36,593 nucleotides of DNA from a virus (Duplodnaviria; Caudoviricetes). The notes under the pieces are model-generated. The model was not told where the DNA came from and made no database searches. It saw only the letters and a program-made list of their open reading frames with translations. The stretch spans positions 1 through 36,593 of the IMG/VR virus record IMGVR_UViG_3300003965_000009, one strand, 5' to 3'. Position numbers and translations under genes: made by a program. This document shows positions 17,604 to 26,878 of this stretch, piece after piece; within the stretch, counting starts at the first letter, position 1; the number at the start of each line of letters is the position of its first letter.

Positions 17604-18295
17604 ATGTCGTGGGCGGCCGAATTAGCAAGAAGCCTCACTATGGAATCGAAGAGGCCTGCCGGCGATGGGAGATTTCTGCGGCCGACCTCGCTGGCTTTGT
17701 GATTGAACGTGAGATTGTGCTGTCGGTCGTTGTGGCGAGGCTCCCGGTCGATGTCGGTACCATTGAGGACATGGATGGGGGCGACTGGTTTCGAATTCCG
17801 GAGGGGCGGCGGCACCTTACTGGCGCGGTAGATCTTCTGCCGATCGACGCATGGCATGTCCTTACTGCTGGCTCGCAGACGATCACCTCATTCAGGGGCG
17901 AAGGCGATGCCTACATCGACATTGCCGATCGTGGTGATGAGCCGGGTGACATGGTGATCGCGCGCGAGCAGCTGATCGTTCGGCACGCCGAACTCGTGCG
18001 ATTCGAGGCGGCACAGGATGAGGGGATCGCATCGGCGAGCGGTCTGGCCACGCCGGCGACGCCGCCACCGGCCGCGCGCGGCGCAGCACCGCGCTATGAC
18101 TGGGACGCTTTCTGGGCCGAGGCGCTGGTCAGCATGTTTCAGGACGGGCCGCCGGCGACGCTGGCGGAATACGTCCGCCGCATGGAGGCGTGGTTCGCTG
18201 ATCGTGGCGAGCATCCGGACTCCAGCACGATCAAGAAGAAGCTGAGCCAGCCGTGGCGGCGGATTGCGCCTCAGTTGGAACGTCGCCGCGCCTGA
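17600..18295 (+). CDS. Hypothetical protein, probably DNA-binding (231 aa)
   Basis: ATGA-coupled; N-terminal YGIEEACRRW HTH-like start; C-terminal GAAPRYDWDAFW...PDSSTIKKKL. Confidence 0.7.
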   Translation: MNVVGGRISKKPHYGIEEACRRWEISAADLAGFVIEREIVLSVVVARLPVDVGTIEDMDGGDWFRIPEGRRHLTGAVDLLPIDAWHVLTAGSQTITSFRGEGDAYIDIADRGDEPGDMVIAREQLIVRHAELVRFEAAQDEGIASASGLATPATPPPAARGAAPRYDWDAFWAEALVSMFQDGPPATLAEYVRRMEAWFADRGEHPDSSTIKKKLSQPWRRIAPQLERRRA

Positions 18296-18332
18296 TTGGG
18301 ACGGATCGCCGCCGCCGCGGGTAGGGCTAAGT

Positions 18333-18548
18333 ATGAAGCCATCGCCCGCGGGACTGAACGCTCACCTCCCGCCGCACCTCCGCGAGGTCTGCGGCATCCT
18401 GGCCAGGGGCCTGGTGCGGCTGCGCAGCCGCGTTGCCGAGGATGAAGCGCGCGATGCCGAAATAGCTCGGGGGGTGGGAGACGTTCCCCTACACTCCACC
18501 GCCCACCAGCGCCTGCATGCGAACCCCAACAGGAAGGGACTCGCATGA
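18333..18548 (+). CDS. Small hypothetical protein preceding DUF2924 (71 aa)
   Basis: LREVCGILARGLVRLR; ATGA overlap with the DUF2924 gene. Confidence 0.55.
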   Translation: MKPSPAGLNAHLPPHLREVCGILARGLVRLRSRVAEDEARDAEIARGVGDVPLHSTAHQRLHANPNRKGLA

Positions 18549-19042
18549 CCAGACGATCCACCGCCGCGCCCGCGCCGGCGCCCACCATCCCGAAGATCCC
18601 GCCGACGCAGGTGCTGAGCCGCCTCGCCGCACTGCAGGCGGCGCCGACTGCTACGCTGAAGCAGCAGTGGCGCGAACTGTTCGGCAAGGAGCCGCCGCCC
18701 TGGAACCGCGCCTACATCCAGAGCCGGCTGGCCTATCGCATCCAGGAATTGGCCTATGGCGGGCTGAAGCCCGAGACCGTCGACCGGCTGGTGGCGCTGG
18801 GCGAGCAATTGGATGGCGGCAACGTCGTCCTGCGCCGCATTCGTGCCGACAGCCGGCCGCTGGCTGGCACACGCCTGCTCCGCGAATGGCAGGGCGTGCA
18901 GCACGTGGTCACCGTGCGCGTCAACGACTTCGAATTCGAGGGGCGGCCTTACCAGTCGCTCTCAGCCATCGCGCGCCACATCACCGGCACGCGCTGGAAC
19001 GGCTGGACGTTCTTCGGGCTGCGGGCGCGGGGTGAGACATGA
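18545..19042 (+). CDS. DUF2924 domain protein
   Basis: LAYRIQELAYGGL...GTRLLREWQG...YQSLSAIARHITGTRWNGWTFFGL signature. Confidence 0.92.
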   Translation: MTRRSTAAPAPAPTIPKIPPTQVLSRLAALQAAPTATLKQQWRELFGKEPPPWNRAYIQSRLAYRIQELAYGGLKPETVDRLVALGEQLDGGNVVLRRIRADSRPLAGTRLLREWQGVQHVVTVRVNDFEFEGRPYQSLSAIARHITGTRWNGWTFFGLRARGET

Positions 19043-20391
19043 CCCGCCGCACCCGCATCGAGCCGGCCATGCCGGCCACCACGAAGAAGCTCCGCTGCGC
19101 GGTTTACACGCGGAAGTCCACGGACGAGGGGCTGGAGAAGGAGTTCAACACCCTCGACGCGCAGCGCGACGCTTGCGAGGCGTACATCACCAGCCAGCGT
19201 GCCGAGGGGTGGGTGCTGGTGCGTGACCGCTACGATGATGGCGGGTTCTCGGGCGGAACACTGGAGCGACCGGCGCTGCAGCGTCTGCTGCGCGATATCC
19301 AGGCCGACCTGGTCGACGTCATCGTGGTCTACAAGATCGATAGGCTCAGCCGCTCGTTGATGGATTTCGCCAAGCTGGTAGAGGTGATGGACGCGCATGG
19401 CGTGACCTTTGTGTCCGTCACCCAGTCGTTCAACACGACGACCAGCATGGGCAGGCTGACGCTGAACATCCTGCTCAGCTTCGCGCAATTCGAAAGAGAG
19501 GTCATCGGCGAGCGCATCCGCGACAAATTCGCGGCGTCCCGTGCCCGCGGCATGTGGATGGGCGGCAAGGTGCCGCTCGGCTACGACGTGGTGGCGCGCA
19601 AGCTAATCGTAAATGAGGAGGAGGCGCCGCGGGTGCGCCGCGTGTTCGAGCTTTTCGCCGAGACGGGATCGGGCATGGAGACGGTGAAGCGCCTTCGTGA
19701 GGAGGGCCTCACCAGCAAAGTGGGCCGGCCGCTGGACAAGGGCGACGTCTACAAGCTGCTCAACAACCGGACCTATGTCGGCGAGGCGGCGCACAAGGGA
19801 AACATCTATCCCGGCGAGCACCAGGGCATCGTGCCGCGGGAGCTATGGGACCGAGCGCATGCCGTGCTGCAAATCAGCCCACGGGTCCGCGCCAACCAGA
19901 ACCGGGCTCAGACGCCAGCACTCCTGAAGGGGATGATCTTTGGGGTGGATGGCCGGGCGCTGTCGCCGACCCACGCCAGGAAGAACGGCCGCCTCTACCG
20001 CTACTACGTGGCGCAGCGCGTGCTGAAGGGCGACGCTGCCGGCGACGACACCATCGTGCGCCGGGTATCGGCAGCGGAGATCGAGGCGGCGGTGGTCGAT
20101 CAGGTGCGGGCTTTGCTGCGGCAGTCGGAGATCGTGGTCGGCACCTGGCGGGCGGCGCGCAGGGAGGCGCCGGATCTGACCGAAAGCGAGACGCAGGACG
20201 CGCTGCACCGGCTCGACCCGCTTTGGGAGCACCTATTCCCGGCGGAGCAGGCGCGGATTGTGCGGTCGCTGGTGGAGCGGGTGGTGGTCGGCCCGGCCGG
20301 CGCGGACATTCGGCTGCGGCTTGACGGGCTCGGTGACCTAGTCCGCGACCTCGGCGCCATCGCGCCGGCTGCCCTCAGGGCGGCAGCATGA
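19039..20391 (+). CDS. Large serine recombinase (resolvase + recombinase domains)
   Basis: CAVYTRKST (catalytic Ser), DDGGFSG, RPALQRLL, VYKIDRLSR, AQFERE, GGKVPLGY; 450 aa. Confidence 0.95.
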   Translation: MTRRTRIEPAMPATTKKLRCAVYTRKSTDEGLEKEFNTLDAQRDACEAYITSQRAEGWVLVRDRYDDGGFSGGTLERPALQRLLRDIQADLVDVIVVYKIDRLSRSLMDFAKLVEVMDAHGVTFVSVTQSFNTTTSMGRLTLNILLSFAQFEREVIGERIRDKFAASRARGMWMGGKVPLGYDVVARKLIVNEEEAPRVRRVFELFAETGSGMETVKRLREEGLTSKVGRPLDKGDVYKLLNNRTYVGEAAHKGNIYPGEHQGIVPRELWDRAHAVLQISPRVRANQNRAQTPALLKGMIFGVDGRALSPTHARKNGRLYRYYVAQRVLKGDAAGDDTIVRRVSAAEIEAAVVDQVRALLRQSEIVVGTWRAARREAPDLTESETQDALHRLDPLWEHLFPAEQARIVRSLVERVVVGPAGADIRLRLDGLGDLVRDLGAIAPAALRAAA

Positions 20392-20786
20392 CGGCCGCCA
20401 CCAGCATCACGGTCCGGGTACCGCTGGCGATCCGCCACCGGCCAGGGCGGAAGACCGTCGTGACACCGATGACCGATGGCGTGGCGCCGGTCACAACGCG
20501 GGCCGACCCCACGCTGGTCAAGGCACTGGCCAGGGGGTTCCGGTATCAGCGTCTGCTGGACGAGGGCCGATACGCGTCCATCAGCGAGATGGCAGAGGCC
20601 GAGCGAATCGAGCGGGGCTACCTGGGCAGCCTGCTGCGACTGACCCTCCTGGCGCCCGACCTCGTATCCGATGCGCTCGACGGTCGGCACATGCGCTCGG
20701 TCACCCTGGCCACCCTGCTGGAACCATTCCCCCTATGCTGGCGCAGCCAGGGCGAATTGTTCGGCAATGACGGGTCGGGAAAGTAA
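20388..20786 (+). CDS. Recombinase-associated small HTH-like protein (132 aa)
   Basis: ATGA-coupled; DPTLVKALARGFRYQRLLDEGRYASISEMA...RLTLLAPD. Confidence 0.8.
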   Translation: MTAATSITVRVPLAIRHRPGRKTVVTPMTDGVAPVTTRADPTLVKALARGFRYQRLLDEGRYASISEMAEAERIERGYLGSLLRLTLLAPDLVSDALDGRHMRSVTLATLLEPFPLCWRSQGELFGNDGSGK

Positions 20787-20841
20787 CGGCCCCGGCCACA
20801 TGGCCATTATGCGAAAGCAAAGTCCGTGGCATCTTCGGGGC

Positions 20842-23800
20842 GTGACAGGCCCCGTGATCGACAACCCGATTCTCAATAGCCCCTTCGCGGAACCGTCCCG
20901 CCATTGGGAGCTCGACGAGAACGGCATCCCCACTGGCACACCGGCCCCCGGCCGGCGGCGCAGCGAATTCATCGTCCCCGTCCCCCCGCCGAAGCACAAG
21001 GTAAAGGCTCAGGCCACCCTCGACCTGGAGGATGAGTACGGGAAGCGCCAGCCGAACGACTACATCAATGAAATCAGGGCCAAAGTCGCCCAATGGCGCT
21101 CCCTCGGCGAACAGGGCCTTCGTCCCGTCACGCCCGTCACCGCCCGCCTGCTGCGCCACTGGCGCGAACAGGGCCGAGCCCGCCCGCTCTTCTTCTGCCA
21201 GGTCGAGGCGGTCGAGACCGCCATCTGGCTGACCGAAGTCGCCCCCCGTGCCGAGACCGAGCGCCTGCGCACTCTGAATTCGGAGGCCAATCCGGACCTC
21301 CTGCGCATCGCCTTCAAGCTGGCGACCGGCGCCGGCAAGACCACAGTCATGGGGATGCTGATCGCCTGGCAGACCCTCAACGCCGCGCGCACGCGCAACT
21401 CGACCCGCTTCACCGACGCCTTCCTGATCGTGGCCCCCGGCCTGACGGTGAGGGACCGCCTGCGGGTGCTCCACCCGTCCGACCCGTCCAACATCTACGC
21501 CGCCCTCGACATCGTGCCGCGGGAGCTGCGCGACGACCTCCAGCGCGCCCGGATCGTCATCACCAACTTCCACGCCTTCAAGAAGCGCGAAACGCTCGAG
21601 GCACCGAAGCTGGCGAAGGAAATCCTGGCTGGCCGCACCGGCAAGGTCGAGCGCCCTGAAACCGATGGCCAGATGGCGCAACGCATCTGCAAGGACCTGC
21701 TCGGCCGCAAGCGCATCATCGTCATCAATGACGAAGCCCACCATTGCTATCGCCAGAAGGTCGGCGCGGCGGATGACGCCAGCGCGAAGCTCGACGCCGA
21801 AGGTAAGGCCGAGGCCAAGAAGAACAACGCCGCCGCCCGCCTCTGGATCAGCGGTATCGAGGCCCTGCAACGCGTGGTCGGCCAGCCCGTCCTGGTCTAC
21901 GACCTTTCGGCCACGCCCTTCTTCCTGCGCGGCTCAGGCTACCCCGAGGGCACGCTCTTCCCCTGGGTCGTCTCCGACTTTTCCCTGATCGACGCCATCG
22001 AATGCGGCATCGTGAAGGTGCCGCGCGTGCCGGTGCAGGACCTGCCAGGCGCCGACGAGCCGGTCTATCGCCACGTCTACCGCTACATCCAGGAACATTC
22101 GGATGTGAAGCTGCCCAAGGCTGGCCGCGCCAAGCAGGGCAAGCAGCTCACGCCCGACCAGCTTCCCTCCCAGCTCACCGGCGCGCTCCAGGCGCTCTAC
22201 GGTCACTACCGCCAGGTCTTCGAGAACTGGGCCAGCCGCGGCGGCAGCACACCGCCCGTCTTCATCGTGGTGTGCAACAACACCGCGACCTCCAAGCTCG
22301 TGCACGACTGGATCGCAGGGTACGAGCGCATCGAGACCGACGCCGAGGGCGCCGAGCGCCGCGTCATCGTGCCCGGCAACCTGCCGCTGCTCTCCAATGT
22401 CACCCAGGCCGGCATCGGCCAGAGCAGCATGGTGGAGCGCCCCGTCACCATCCTGATTGACAGTGAGGAACTCGAATCCGGCGAGGCCCTGTCGGACAAC
22501 TTCCGCAAACTGGCCGGCCCCGAGATCGACGCCTTCAAGCGCGAACTCCGCGCCCGCGGTCGCCATGTGGATGCCGAGACGGTCACCGACAGTGACCTGC
22601 TGCGGGAGGTGATGAACACCGTCGGCCAGCCCGGCCGGCTGGGTGAGCCGATCCGCTGCGTCGTCTCCGTCTCCATGCTGACCGAGGGATGGGACGCGCG
22701 CACCGTCACCCATGTGCTGGGCGTCCGCGCTTTCGGCACGCAATTGCTGTGCGAGCAGGTGATCGGTCGCGCGCTGCGCCGTGTCTCCTACGACCCGGTC
22801 GGCGTGGATGACGCCGGCAACGCCATGTTCGCACCGGAATATGCCGAGGTGCTGGGGATCCCCTTCAGTTTCGTGCCGGCCAATTCCAAGGCCGACTACA
22901 CCCCGCCGAAGAAGACCACCCAGGTCCATGCCGTGTTGCCGGAGCGCGCGGCGTTGGAAATCCGATTCCCCCGCGTCATCGGCTATCGCACCGTGCTGCC
23001 GCCCGGCCGCATCACCGCTGCCTTCACCAATGAAAGCCGCCTTGAGATCGATCCGACGGACGCGCCGCCCGAAGCCGTCAGCGCTGCCATCATCGGCGCC
23101 GAGCACACGCTGACGCTGAACGACCTGCGCCACCAGCGCGACACCACCATCGCCTTTCACCTGGCGGGCCACACGCTGCGCACCTGGTTTCGCGACAGCG
23201 AGGACCACCTGAAGCCGTGGCTGTTTCCACCGCTGCTCACCATCACGCGGCGCTGGATGGCGGAATGCCTGACCTGCATCGGCGGTACCTTCCCGGCCTA
23301 CCTGCTGTGGCGTGACATCGGCGACAAGGCCGCGGAGCGCATCTTCCGCGCATGCACGCCCGAAGTCGCTGGTCCCGGCACGCTTCGGCCGATCCTGGAC
23401 CCCTACAACGAGGCCGGCAGCAGCCGTCATGTCAGCTTCGCCACCACCAAGACGAATTTCTGGACCCCCGACGCGCAGAAATGCCAGGTCAACCTGATCG
23501 TCTGCGACGAGAATTGGGAGGCCGCGGCGGCCCAGGCGCTGGACGGCATGCAGGAGGTGCTGCGCTACGTGAAGAACGACCGGCTGGGCTTCGAAGTGCC
23601 CTATGTGGATGGCAGCACCGAGCGCCACTACCGGCCCGACTTCATCGTGGTGGTGGATGACGGTCGCGGCCCGGACGATCCGCTGCACCTCGTGCTGGAG
23701 GTGAAGGGCCGCCAGACCGCGCAGGACGACGTAAAGCACGACACCATGCGCAAACTCTGGGTGCCGGCGGTGAACGCGCTGGGGCGCTTCGGCCGCTGGG

Positions 23801-23886
23801 ATTTTTGCCGGGTGGATGGACCCTATGGCGTGGATGAGATCATCCGGCGGCGGCTGAACGCCGACGCTCTCTCACGCGCCGCCTGA
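20842..23886 (+). CDS. Type III-like restriction endonuclease Res (SF2 helicase + C-terminal PD-(D/E)XK; BPTD_3080-like)
   Basis: IDNPILNSPF start, FFCQVEA, KLATGAGKT, NDEAHH, SATP, MLTEGWD, QVIGRALRR, YRPDF...LEVKG; start probably GTG 20842 (or 20854). Confidence 0.9.
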   Translation: MTGPVIDNPILNSPFAEPSRHWELDENGIPTGTPAPGRRRSEFIVPVPPPKHKVKAQATLDLEDEYGKRQPNDYINEIRAKVAQWRSLGEQGLRPVTPVTARLLRHWREQGRARPLFFCQVEAVETAIWLTEVAPRAETERLRTLNSEANPDLLRIAFKLATGAGKTTVMGMLIAWQTLNAARTRNSTRFTDAFLIVAPGLTVRDRLRVLHPSDPSNIYAALDIVPRELRDDLQRARIVITNFHAFKKRETLEAPKLAKEILAGRTGKVERPETDGQMAQRICKDLLGRKRIIVINDEAHHCYRQKVGAADDASAKLDAEGKAEAKKNNAAARLWISGIEALQRVVGQPVLVYDLSATPFFLRGSGYPEGTLFPWVVSDFSLIDAIECGIVKVPRVPVQDLPGADEPVYRHVYRYIQEHSDVKLPKAGRAKQGKQLTPDQLPSQLTGALQALYGHYRQVFENWASRGGSTPPVFIVVCNNTATSKLVHDWIAGYERIETDAEGAERRVIVPGNLPLLSNVTQAGIGQSSMVERPVTILIDSEELESGEALSDNFRKLAGPEIDAFKRELRARGRHVDAETVTDSDLLREVMNTVGQPGRLGEPIRCVVSVSMLTEGWDARTVTHVLGVRAFGTQLLCEQVIGRALRRVSYDPVGVDDAGNAMFAPEYAEVLGIPFSFVPANSKADYTPPKKTTQVHAVLPERAALEIRFPRVIGYRTVLPPGRITAAFTNESRLEIDPTDAPPEAVSAAIIGAEHTLTLNDLRHQRDTTIAFHLAGHTLRTWFRDSEDHLKPWLFPPLLTITRRWMAECLTCIGGTFPAYLLWRDIGDKAAERIFRACTPEVAGPGTLRPILDPYNEAGSSRHVSFATTKTNFWTPDAQKCQVNLIVCDENWEAAAAQALDGMQEVLRYVKNDRLGFEVPYVDGSTERHYRPDFIVVVDDGRGPDDPLHLVLEVKGRQTAQDDVKHDTMRKLWVPAVNALGRFGRWDFCRVDGPYGVDEIIRRRLNADALSRAA

Positions 23887-23905
23887 ACCCGGAAGACAGC
23901 GCAGC

Positions 23906-26761
23906 ATGGCCCGCCCGAAGAAGCTCAAACCCGACGCACCCGCCACTGAGGTGGAGACGCTCGTCCACCCCGCCGATATCGCGCGCAAGAACATCCCAAC
24001 CGCGGAGACCGCGGCGCTGATGGCGGAGGAGGAAGCGCGGGCTGAACCCAAGCTCTATCCCCGCAACCCGGACCTGGACCCGCAACTGGTCTGGCGCGGG
24101 AAGGACGAGCAGGACAGCGCACCGCTGCGGGTCGAAACGGTCCCCATCTATATCCAGGAGAAACTTTATCCGGAGGCGCTGATCCGCGATCTGCAACGCG
24201 TGTCGGCGAAGGAAGCGGCACCGCAGGCCGATCTGTTCGGCAGCTTCGACCGCATCACGGATGAGGCGGCGCGGCTCGAGTTCTACCAGCACGCCGAGAA
24301 CTGGTCGAACCGGATGATCCTGGGCGACTCCCTGCTGGTGATGAACAGCCTGGCGGAGAAGGAAGGTCTTCGCGGCCAGGTGCAGATGATTTTTCTCGAT
24401 CCACCCTATGGAATCAAATTCAGCAGCAACTGGCAGCCGAGCACGCGCACGCGCGATGTGAAGGAGGGCAAGGCCGAAGGGCTGTCGCGCGAGCCAGAGC
24501 AGATCAAGGCCTTCCGGGACACCTGGAAGGATGGCATCCACAGCTATCTGGCATATCTCCGAGATCGACTGGCTGTAGCGCGGGAACTATTGGCCGAAAG
24601 CGGCAGTATCTTCGTTCAAATCGGCGACGAGAATGTCCATGTTGTGCGTAGCCTTCTCGACGAAGTTTTCGGGCCAGCCAACTTCATCGGACAGATCGCT
24701 TATCAAAAGACCACCGGTGCGACCTCTGATTTTCTCGGCGGCACGCTCGACTACCTGCTGTGGTTTGGAAAGAACCGTCAGCAAGCGAAATTTCGCGCCA
24801 TGTACAATCTGAAAACAGCCGGCGAAGAGGGTGCGACCAAGTATCGCAAGTTGATCCATCTCGATGGAGCGCGGAGACCTGCCGCAGAGGGAGAAGTCTC
24901 GGGTGCGACGGCGCTCCCAGATGGCTGGAAGTTGTACACCGACGACAACCTCACCAGCCAAAGCGCCGGCCGCGAAAAAGGAGAAGGCGCAGCGTCCTGG
25001 TTTGAAGTGAAACATGACGGCCGAAGTTTTCTTCCGACGATGCAATCCCGTTGGAAAACCAATGAAGCTGGGATGGGCCGTCTCCAGGCCGCTGGCAGGC
25101 TTGAGCCTGCGCGGAACATACTGCGCTACGTGAGGAAGCTGGATGATTTTGCCGCAGTCGAGATCAACGATCTCTGGCGGGATATCGGCGGCATCCAAAG
25201 CCGAAGCGATCCGAAGGTCTACGTGGTCCAGACGTCCACTACGGCAATTGAGCGCTGCATGCTCATGACCACCGATCCTGGTGACCTCGTCTACGATCCG
25301 ACCTGCGGTTCCGGCACCACCGCCTTCGTCGCCGAGCAATGGGGCCGCCGCTGGATCACCACCGACACCTCCCGCGTCGCCCTGGCGCTGGCACGCACGC
25401 GCCTCATGGCCGGGCGCTTCCCCGCCTACCTGCTGCGGGACAGTCGTGAGGGCGCAGCGAAGGAGGGCGAGATCACTGGCCGCCCACCCGAGGAAGGCCC
25501 CTTCCGCCACGACATCCGCCAGGGCCTGGTGCTGGAGCGCGTGCCGCACGTCACGCTGAAATCCATCGCCAACAACGCTGAGATCGATGTCATCCACGCC
25601 AATTGGGCGCCGAAGATCGAGGCCGCGCTCGCTACCCTCAACGCCGCTCTCGGGACAAAGCATGCGGAGTGGCAGGCTCCCCGCAACCTGCCCGAAGACG
25701 CGAAACCGGCGGTGCAGGAGGCGCATGCGGCATTCTGGGCCACTCGCCGCGCTCGGCAGGCGGAGATGGACGCCTCCATCGCCCGGAACGCCGATACCGA
25801 ATTCCTGCACGACCGGCCCTACACGAAGAAAAACGCCGTCCGCGTCACCGGCCCGTTCACGGTGGAGAGCCTCTCGCCCCACCGCGTCCTGCCCGCGGAT
25901 GAGGAAGACCAGGCGGTAATGGAGGCGCTGGCGCAGGAGGCGGGTGAGCCCGTGCCCGAACGCCGCCCGCTCCGCACCCGGCCCGACAGTGGCGATGACT
26001 TCGTGACCGCCGTGCTGGACAACCTGCAGAAGGCCGGCGTGCAGAACACGAAGAAGGACGAGCGCCTGACCTTCGCCACGCTGCGCCCCTGGCCTGGCGG
26101 CAGCCGCGTCTCGGCCGAGGGCGAGTACGAAGAAGCCGGCGTGAAGAAGCGTGCCGCCATCGTCATCGGTCCCGAATACGGCACCGTCGGCCCCGACCTG
26201 GTGCGCGAGGCCGCGCGCGAATGCCGTGATTGGGCGGACAGCATGGTCGTCTGCGGCTTCGCCTTCGACCCGCAGGTGGGCGACAGCACGATGAACCTCG
26301 GTCGGCTCGTGGTGCTGAAGGCGCGCATGAGCCAGGAGCTGCGCGCCGCCGAAGCCTACAAGGCGGGCGGCGGCAACCTGTTCGTCGTTTTCGGTGAGCC
26401 GGATATCGCGCTCGATCAGGCCGACGGTGAGTGCGTCGTGCGCCTGAAGGGCGTGGACATCTTCGACCCGACCACGGGTGAGGTCCGTTCCTCCGGCCGC
26501 GTCGAGGATGACGTGGCCTGCTGGTTCGTGGACACCGACTATGACGGCGACAGCTTCTTCGTCCGCCACGCCTATTTCCTGGGCGGCAAGGACCCCTTCG
26601 AGAAGCTCAAGACCGCGCTGAAGGCCGAAGTGGACGAGGACGCCTGGGCCAGCCTCTACCGCACCGAAAGCCGCCCCTTCGCGAGGCCGAGATCAGGCCG
26701 GATCGCGGTTAAGGTGATCAACCACTACGGCGATGAAGCGATGCGGGTGTTTCGGCTCTGA
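23906..26761 (+). CDS. Type III-like modification methyltransferase Mod (beta class, m6A)
   Basis: ILGDSL, FLDPPYG, central variable region, DPTCGSGTT, C-terminal IAVKVINHYGDE; 951 aa; 19 bp after res. Confidence 0.92.
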   Translation: MARPKKLKPDAPATEVETLVHPADIARKNIPTAETAALMAEEEARAEPKLYPRNPDLDPQLVWRGKDEQDSAPLRVETVPIYIQEKLYPEALIRDLQRVSAKEAAPQADLFGSFDRITDEAARLEFYQHAENWSNRMILGDSLLVMNSLAEKEGLRGQVQMIFLDPPYGIKFSSNWQPSTRTRDVKEGKAEGLSREPEQIKAFRDTWKDGIHSYLAYLRDRLAVARELLAESGSIFVQIGDENVHVVRSLLDEVFGPANFIGQIAYQKTTGATSDFLGGTLDYLLWFGKNRQQAKFRAMYNLKTAGEEGATKYRKLIHLDGARRPAAEGEVSGATALPDGWKLYTDDNLTSQSAGREKGEGAASWFEVKHDGRSFLPTMQSRWKTNEAGMGRLQAAGRLEPARNILRYVRKLDDFAAVEINDLWRDIGGIQSRSDPKVYVVQTSTTAIERCMLMTTDPGDLVYDPTCGSGTTAFVAEQWGRRWITTDTSRVALALARTRLMAGRFPAYLLRDSREGAAKEGEITGRPPEEGPFRHDIRQGLVLERVPHVTLKSIANNAEIDVIHANWAPKIEAALATLNAALGTKHAEWQAPRNLPEDAKPAVQEAHAAFWATRRARQAEMDASIARNADTEFLHDRPYTKKNAVRVTGPFTVESLSPHRVLPADEEDQAVMEALAQEAGEPVPERRPLRTRPDSGDDFVTAVLDNLQKAGVQNTKKDERLTFATLRPWPGGSRVSAEGEYEEAGVKKRAAIVIGPEYGTVGPDLVREAARECRDWADSMVVCGFAFDPQVGDSTMNLGRLVVLKARMSQELRAAEAYKAGGGNLFVVFGEPDIALDQADGECVVRLKGVDIFDPTTGEVRSSGRVEDDVACWFVDTDYDGDSFFVRHAYFLGGKDPFEKLKTALKAEVDEDAWASLYRTESRPFARPRSGRIAVKVINHYGDEAMRVFRL

Positions 26762-26878
26762 GGGGGTCGGCGGGGACACGGCGGAGTGCAGCGCTGCAGG
26801 GACGCCGCGCGGTTAGGCCGCCTCGGGTCGCTTTCAGATTGAGTGCAGAATCACCCCGCGACCCTATACGATGGGGGA

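Noticed and set aside
20842-26761. DISARM or BREX system
   Set aside because: No DrmA/DrmB/DUF1998, PLD, PglZ or BrxC genes; the helicase-nuclease plus beta-class MTase fits a type III-like R-M pair.
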